DNA from: Bacteroidota bacterium
Lineage (GTDB): Bacteria; Bacteroidota; Ignavibacteria; Kryptoniales; JAKASW01
Reading direction: 5' to 3'
NCBI GenBank assembly: GCA_021845665.1
Contig: JAJZVO010000003.1
Span: forward strand, 11,026-75,025
DNA: 64,000 nucleotides
Shown: positions 59,188-64,000 of the stretch, in pieces
Position numbering within the stretch: the first letter of the stretch is position 1
Layout of the letters: every line of letters begins with the position of its first letter
Translations under genes and position numbers: made by a program
Notes under the pieces: model-generated
The model's input: the letters and a program-made list of their open reading frames with translations, nothing else
Databases searched by the model: none
What the model was told of the DNA's origin: nothing

Positions 59188-60699
59188 TCACGCCAGCGAG
59201 ACGGCATGCCGATTCAAAGCTTCGGCAGCAGATCGATCCAGGATTTTCCATATCACCGGAATCCATTTTTCGTGCTCCGGTTTCATGAGGACCGATCTCA
59301 GACACGTAATCGTCTCCGCGTCACGCTTCATTCCGACAGAATTGAGGTCAAGAAAATCGGCGGGAAGCTCCGAAAGGGCAAGGTGAAGGTTGTGCTTCGC
59401 AGCTTCGTAGAAGATTGCGCGGGCGAGGCCGGAGGAAACGGTCACACTTTTCGCCACCGGTGCCCAGACGACAATGTCCAGCTCCGGGGGAAACGGCGTA
59501 ATGAACCTTGCGTCTTCACGGAGCCTTCCATATAGATCGAGCGCGGCCCTGCGGCAGCTCGAGAGCGATTTCGCGAATTCTCCTCCCTCGACGAGCGGAA
59601 GCAACCTTTGCGTTGCCCAAAGTCCCACAGCGGAGGCGCCCGCCCTGGAACACTCGAGGCTTATTTCTCCAAGGTGAAGCTCCTCTGAAGTGAAGTACGT
59701 GTAAGGAGAATCGTGCTTGTAAAACCGGGCGACAGCCGGATCGCGAAAGAGCACGCACCCGCAGGCGTACGGTTGCAGACCATGCTTGTGCGGGTCAACA
59801 ACTATTGAATCAGCCTCGCCGAGCCGGCCATAAGCGGCAAGGGTCTCGCCGGAAAGGTTCTTCGCAAGCACGAAGTAGCCACCGTATGCGGAGTCGGCGT
59901 GGAGGCGAAAGCCATACTGTTCGCGGAGCCTGAGAAGTTCAGGCAGAGGGTCGATGGCGCCGGTCGCCGTTGTGCCTATGGTAGCAACTACCGTTCCGAC
60001 GTCTCCGGCATCAAGAAGTGTTTTCAAAGCGTCCAGGTCCATTCTTCCCTTGCCGTCGCACCGCACAGGCTGAAATTCCAGGCCGAGTACGGCGCTTATT
60101 CTCGAATGTGTGTAATGCGCCTGCTCTGAAGCTACGACCTTCTTGCCCGGATTCAACTGTCCTGCAACCCAAAGCGCCTCCAGGTTTGCCATCGTACCAC
60201 CGCCGGTGAGATGACCGAGATGGGCCTTCCAGCCGAACATCCGCGCGATCTCAGCGATGGACTCTTTCTCCATCCTGGAGCTCGCGCGCCCGCCGTCGAG
60301 AGCGTGATTGTTCGGATTGATCCACATGGAAAGCATGTAGGCCACACGGGCTATCGGGTGGGGAGGCTTCAGCATTTGTCCCGCGTATAACGGGTGGAAA
60401 TATGGGTAATTATCCTTCATCCGCTCGGCGACCTCGCGCATGACTTTCTGGAAGTCTTTCCCCTTCCCAGACGCAGCTTCTGCGGCCGGCAAACCGGCGA
60501 ATCCTTTTTCAAGCTTATCGAGGGCGGAACGGAGGGTCTCCAACGAAGCTTTCTCAAATGCAAATGATGATGGTCCCACTCTACAGGCGCGGGGCCCTTT
60601 CTTACCTGCTCTTGCTTTTGATCTCCTTCTTCCGCCTCGCGCCGAAGTCTTCCCTGAAGGGCTTATGTTTCTAAGGTTACTCTTCTTGGTCTTCGCCAC
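59188..60699 (-). CDS. Group II PLP-dependent decarboxylase with basic N-terminal extension
   Basis: GGTMAN, GTTATGAIDP, HADSAYGG, DPHK. Confidence 0.88.
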   Translation of the reverse strand: MAKTKKSNLRNISPSGKTSARGGRRRSKARAGKKGPRACRVGPSSFAFEKASLETLRSALDKLEKGFAGLPAAEAASGKGKDFQKVMREVAERMKDNYPYFHPLYAGQMLKPPHPIARVAYMLSMWINPNNHALDGGRASSRMEKESIAEIARMFGWKAHLGHLTGGGTMANLEALWVAGQLNPGKKVVASEQAHYTHSRISAVLGLEFQPVRCDGKGRMDLDALKTLLDAGDVGTVVATIGTTATGAIDPLPELLRLREQYGFRLHADSAYGGYFVLAKNLSGETLAAYGRLGEADSIVVDPHKHGLQPYACGCVLFRDPAVARFYKHDSPYTYFTSEELHLGEISLECSRAGASAVGLWATQRLLPLVEGGEFAKSLSSCRRAALDLYGRLREDARFITPFPPELDIVVWAPVAKSVTVSSGLARAIFYEAAKHNLHLALSELPADFLDLNSVGMKRDAETITCLRSVLMKPEHEKWIPVIWKILDRSAAEALNRHAVSLA

Positions 60700-60846
60700 A
60701 CAGGCCTCCTCTTTTTTCTACGTTAGATTCCGTGGAACAATTTAAGAATTGGATCGAAGCTAAGCTAACTCGCACATCGAAGGGTGAAAGCGAGCGAGGT
60801 GGAAGGATCGCAGCCTGTTGCGTATATTGGCTTCTGAGGAGACAAA

Positions 60847-61263
60847 ATGGGAATTACGACGTTGAAGCTGCAGGTGGCCAATCCTGCTTATCCAGGTAAG
60901 ACGGAAACCATTGAGTTCATAGTAGACTCCGGCGCAGTTTATTCAGTTGTACCTGCATCGGTACTCCGACGCCTCAAGATCAAAGCGGCGGCAAAAGAGG
61001 AATTCACGCTCGCCGACGGATGTACGATCGTTCGGAGAAAGGGGGGCGCGATGTTTAAGCATGGAAAGAAGGTCGGATTCGCAGACGTCATCTTCGGAGA
61101 AAATGACGATGCAACCCTTTTAGGTGCATTGACGCTTGAAGCTCTCGGACTCGCATTAGATCCTCTTAAGAGGCAACTCAAGCCCCTGCCGGTGATCCTT
61201 GCACATCAGTTCCGAACTGCAGTCTACCCAAAAAGAAGGGAAATGAGTTCGTGGACGCGCTAA
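60847..61263 (+). CDS. Clan AA (retropepsin-like) aspartic protease
   Basis: VDSGA catalytic motif; LLGALTLE; GAGGAG SD. Confidence 0.85.
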   Translation: MGITTLKLQVANPAYPGKTETIEFIVDSGAVYSVVPASVLRRLKIKAAAKEEFTLADGCTIVRRKGGAMFKHGKKVGFADVIFGENDDATLLGALTLEALGLALDPLKRQLKPLPVILAHQFRTAVYPKRREMSSWTR

Positions 61264-61277
61264 GCCACGTTTTCATT

Positions 61278-61303
61278 ACCACCGCTATAGATGGTGGTTT
61301 TCT
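61278..61303 (+). terminator. Terminator after protease gene
   Basis: ACCACC ... GGTGGT followed by TTTCT. Confidence 0.55.
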
Positions 61304-61372
61304 GTCTCGGACGGAACGTATCGCGCCCCGGTGACATCTCTGGCAGTGTTGCCCGGTCGCTACGGCTCCACG

Positions 61373-63535
61373 CTACCAGGTCCCGGGCGCATTCGGGAAC
61401 TTAAGACTCTCGTAGTACTTCAGCATCTTATCGGGTTTCGGCAGCCCTTTCGGTATAGGCATCTTCGAAAACGTTTGGAAATACAAGACGCAAGCGTTTC
61501 TCCACCACACCGCTTCATGTTCCTGGATCTCGAGATACATCCGTTCGCTGTTCCACTCCGCGTAATCGATCTTCCCCTTGAGCGAGTTCCATATCTTCTG
61601 CATCTCTCGAACGCTGTCGACACCGGCATAATAATGATAGCAGATATCGTCCCATAGTGTCTCACCATGCCTCATCTTGTATCTCCAGGGGACATGATGA
61701 AACCAGAGGAGAAATTTGTCCGGACAAGTCTTAAGTGAGGCAAACTTCTCCGCGACAGGTGGAAAATATTGGGCGACAGCGTCGCTCCCGGTTTTCGTCC
61801 TGTCGAAACCCACCCCGATGCTATCGGCCCTGTGGTAGTACGTCGAGTTCCAGTCGGGATGCGAAGACCAGTCGACCCATGGGCCGGGACCGTAATGGTT
61901 GTTATACCCGAATATCATGTTTAATCCAAGAGGATCCATGTAGTTGACGACGTCCTCGCGCGACTGAATCATTATCCTCTCGACTGGTTTTATGACGTCC
62001 TCTTTGTTCGAAAACGTCATCCTTATCCATTCGTCTGCGATTTCTTTGGAAGTAAGATTCGGATTCCAGGCAAGCCGGCCGAAGGCATACCAGCTCGATT
62101 GGCCGAATTCATCTCCGGTCCAGTCACGGTCGGCCCCGATGTTTGAAACTCCGGCCATTCCCGTCAGAGCGTTTCCGTCCAGCGAGCCGTCGACAACCTT
62201 CGCAACAGTCGAACCTTTTCCCTTCGCGTAGGTGTCGGACTCCAGCGTCTCCTTCCAGAGCGGCGCAAGGAATACCGTGCTCGTGCCCTGCCCCAGATAT
62301 TCCATCGTAATCTGAAACTCCATCATGAGGTTCGTATGCGGCATCGCTCCGAACAGCGGGCTGAACGGCTCGCGCGGCTGGAAATCCAGAGGGCCGTTCT
62401 TGATCTGGAGAAGGACGTTCGACGCGAATTTTCCATCCAGCGGCTTGAAAATCTCGTATGCCTGCTTCGCCCGGTCTTTTGCATTGTAGGTGTATACAAA
62501 GGCACGCCACATGACGATTCCGCCGTACGGCTTTATCGCGTTTGCGAGGAAGTTGGCACCATCCGCCTGAGTCAACCCATAGTCAGACGGACCGGGCTGC
62601 CCTTCGGAGTTTGCCTTGACGAGGAAGCCGCCGAAGTCGGGAATGTATGAATAGATTTCCTTCACCTTCTCTTTCCACCAATCCTGTACCTTGGGGTCCA
62701 ACGGGTTCGCGGTCTTCAACTCACCAAGCAATATGGGAGCGTCGAAGTTCGCACAGAGATAGACTTTGATTCCATACGGCCTGAAGACTTTTGCGAGAGC
62801 GGCGACTTTCACGAGATAATGACGCGTCATGATCCGCGGATCGGCGTTGACGTTATTAAGTACGGCACCGTTGATTCCTATCGATGCGTTCGCACGTGCG
62901 TAGTCGATGTAGCGCGGCTTTATGTATACTGGAAGCGTATGCCAGTTCCATATCGAGAAGCCGGCATAACCACGTTCGATCGTTCCGTTTAAATTGTCCC
63001 AGTGGTCGAGCATTCTGAGCTTGATTCTCGGAAATGAAACGACATCGAGATTCTTTATGTCCTGATTAGTTTGAAGCAATCTGAGAAAACGAAATACGCC
63101 GTATAGGACACCTATATCCGTATTCGCCGTAACTACTATGATGCTCCTTCCGTCAATTCTTTCCGTGAAAATCAGAAAACCTTCAGGACCTATCGTATCG
63201 AGTCTGGATCGCACGTTTATCCCTTCGAGAAGCTGCGAACGCTTGTAAGTTCCCACGAATAGGACATCATTTTTGTCGAGGCGGCTCACTTCGGGAATCT
63301 TCGAGCCCAGTAATCCATCCAGTCCAATCTGCAGCTCGTGTCTGGCAGCTTCCATCGTGGGAGAATTTCCTTCAACGAGAAATGCCTTGATCGCAGTCCT
63401 GTACTCATCGAGTCTTCGAGGATTGGATATCAGATCATATTTCAGCCAGAGCCTGTAGCCATCATCTGCCCGGGCAACCGAAAAGCATGAAATCAAAGTT
63501 ACAAGCGAAACCGCAGCGAGCAGCGTCCTCTTCAT
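61373..63535 (-). CDS. GH67 alpha-glucuronidase, secreted
   Basis: DGYRLWL, LDHWDN...ERGYAG, VKANSEGQPGP, KNGPLDFQPREP; start at MKRTLL. Confidence 0.94.
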   Translation of the reverse strand: MKRTLLAAVSLVTLISCFSVARADDGYRLWLKYDLISNPRRLDEYRTAIKAFLVEGNSPTMEAARHELQIGLDGLLGSKIPEVSRLDKNDVLFVGTYKRSQLLEGINVRSRLDTIGPEGFLIFTERIDGRSIIVVTANTDIGVLYGVFRFLRLLQTNQDIKNLDVVSFPRIKLRMLDHWDNLNGTIERGYAGFSIWNWHTLPVYIKPRYIDYARANASIGINGAVLNNVNADPRIMTRHYLVKVAALAKVFRPYGIKVYLCANFDAPILLGELKTANPLDPKVQDWWKEKVKEIYSYIPDFGGFLVKANSEGQPGPSDYGLTQADGANFLANAIKPYGGIVMWRAFVYTYNAKDRAKQAYEIFKPLDGKFASNVLLQIKNGPLDFQPREPFSPLFGAMPHTNLMMEFQITMEYLGQGTSTVFLAPLWKETLESDTYAKGKGSTVAKVVDGSLDGNALTGMAGVSNIGADRDWTGDEFGQSSWYAFGRLAWNPNLTSKEIADEWIRMTFSNKEDVIKPVERIMIQSREDVVNYMDPLGLNMIFGYNNHYGPGPWVDWSSHPDWNSTYYHRADSIGVGFDRTKTGSDAVAQYFPPVAEKFASLKTCPDKFLLWFHHVPWRYKMRHGETLWDDICYHYYAGVDSVREMQKIWNSLKGKIDYAEWNSERMYLEIQEHEAVWWRNACVLYFQTFSKMPIPKGLPKPDKMLKYYESLKFPNAPGTW

Positions 63536-63755
63536 GGTGTCTCCCGTAAGTTGTCTGACTAAACTTACGGTATGAATTGGAAAGAGGCCAGAGGTTTTAT
63601 GCAGACATGAGACTGTGAGGTGCAGGAAGAGGCGATATGACCGTCGTACTCGTCCCCCCCCCCGTCTCTGTTCATGGAAACGAGCAGGGGAAGACGTGTC
63701 TTCTTCAGTGAAAGATTTCATCAAAAAGGTCTTCGAACCAGCCTTCCACGCTTCT

Positions 63756-64000
63756 CTAAGTGTGGCGGTAATTCCTCCTCCGGTAATGCTGCCGGGTGAC
63801 CAGGCCGATTGGCCCTTCATAGATTCCGCCAACCTGCCACGCGTCGAAAACTCGCACAGCTATGACGTTGTCGCCATCGAAGTCGATCATGCCGGACGGA
63901 ATTGGATATGTCCGTTCCATGTTGTACGCGGATTCGTAATCGGGTGGAAGCGCGCCACCACCGCCGATCGGCTTGGCGTTTAAGAATACTTCGTCGGCGT
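63756..64000 (-). CDS. C-terminus of a galactose-binding/jelly-roll domain protein (partial)
   Basis: Hand translation ADEVFLNAKPIG...DNVIAVRVFDAWQVGGIYEGPIG. Confidence 0.75.
   Translation of the reverse strand, partial: ADEVFLNAKPIGGGGALPPDYESAYNMERTYPIPSGMIDFDGDNVIAVRVFDAWQVGGIYEGPIGLVTRQHYRRRNYRHT

Noticed and set aside
63705-63758. In-frame TAG followed by a plausible tail (RSVEGWFEDLFDEIFH*), together with the usher TAG, hinting at amber recoding
   Set aside because: dnaX, DUF1684 and others end at TAG at their expected C-termini, so TAG is a normal stop; at most a local nonsense change.

Overview
Mostly minus-strand, moderately GC-rich bacterial chromosome segment. Gene content (PorV-like barrel, TonB receptor with carboxypeptidase-regulatory N-domain, membrane RsbU phosphatase plus STAS protein, DUF4402-like proteins) suggests an FCB-group organism, probably Ignavibacteria/Kryptonia-like (inference, not database-checked). 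Housekeeping genes: dnaX, two lon paralogs, maeB, aspS, mutL, ftsY, pgsA-like, purF, ppa, hup, can, aguA/aguB, tRNA-Gln and tRNA-Glu. Carbohydrate genes: GH31, GH35, GH67, CBM9-like. Best leads: (1) a translationally coupled TonB receptor / radical SAM / membrane protein / ATC-hydrolase-like / GMC oxidoreductase operon of unknown chemistry; (2) a four-helix-bundle gene bracketed by inverted heptamer arrays inside the aguB-aguA operon, resembling an intervening or mobile cassette; (3) a DUF4402 chaperone-usher-like pilus locus with an usher-SPOR fusion, now apparently decaying (ATC start, amber stop plus MITE in SPOR, fused and frameshifted pilins); (4) an A9 slippage site in dnaX predicted to give tau and gamma; (5) two MITE-like elements on CTAG sites that overlap stop codons; (6) a degraded restriction-modification pair. 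All family assignments come from motif recognition by eye; no searches were run.
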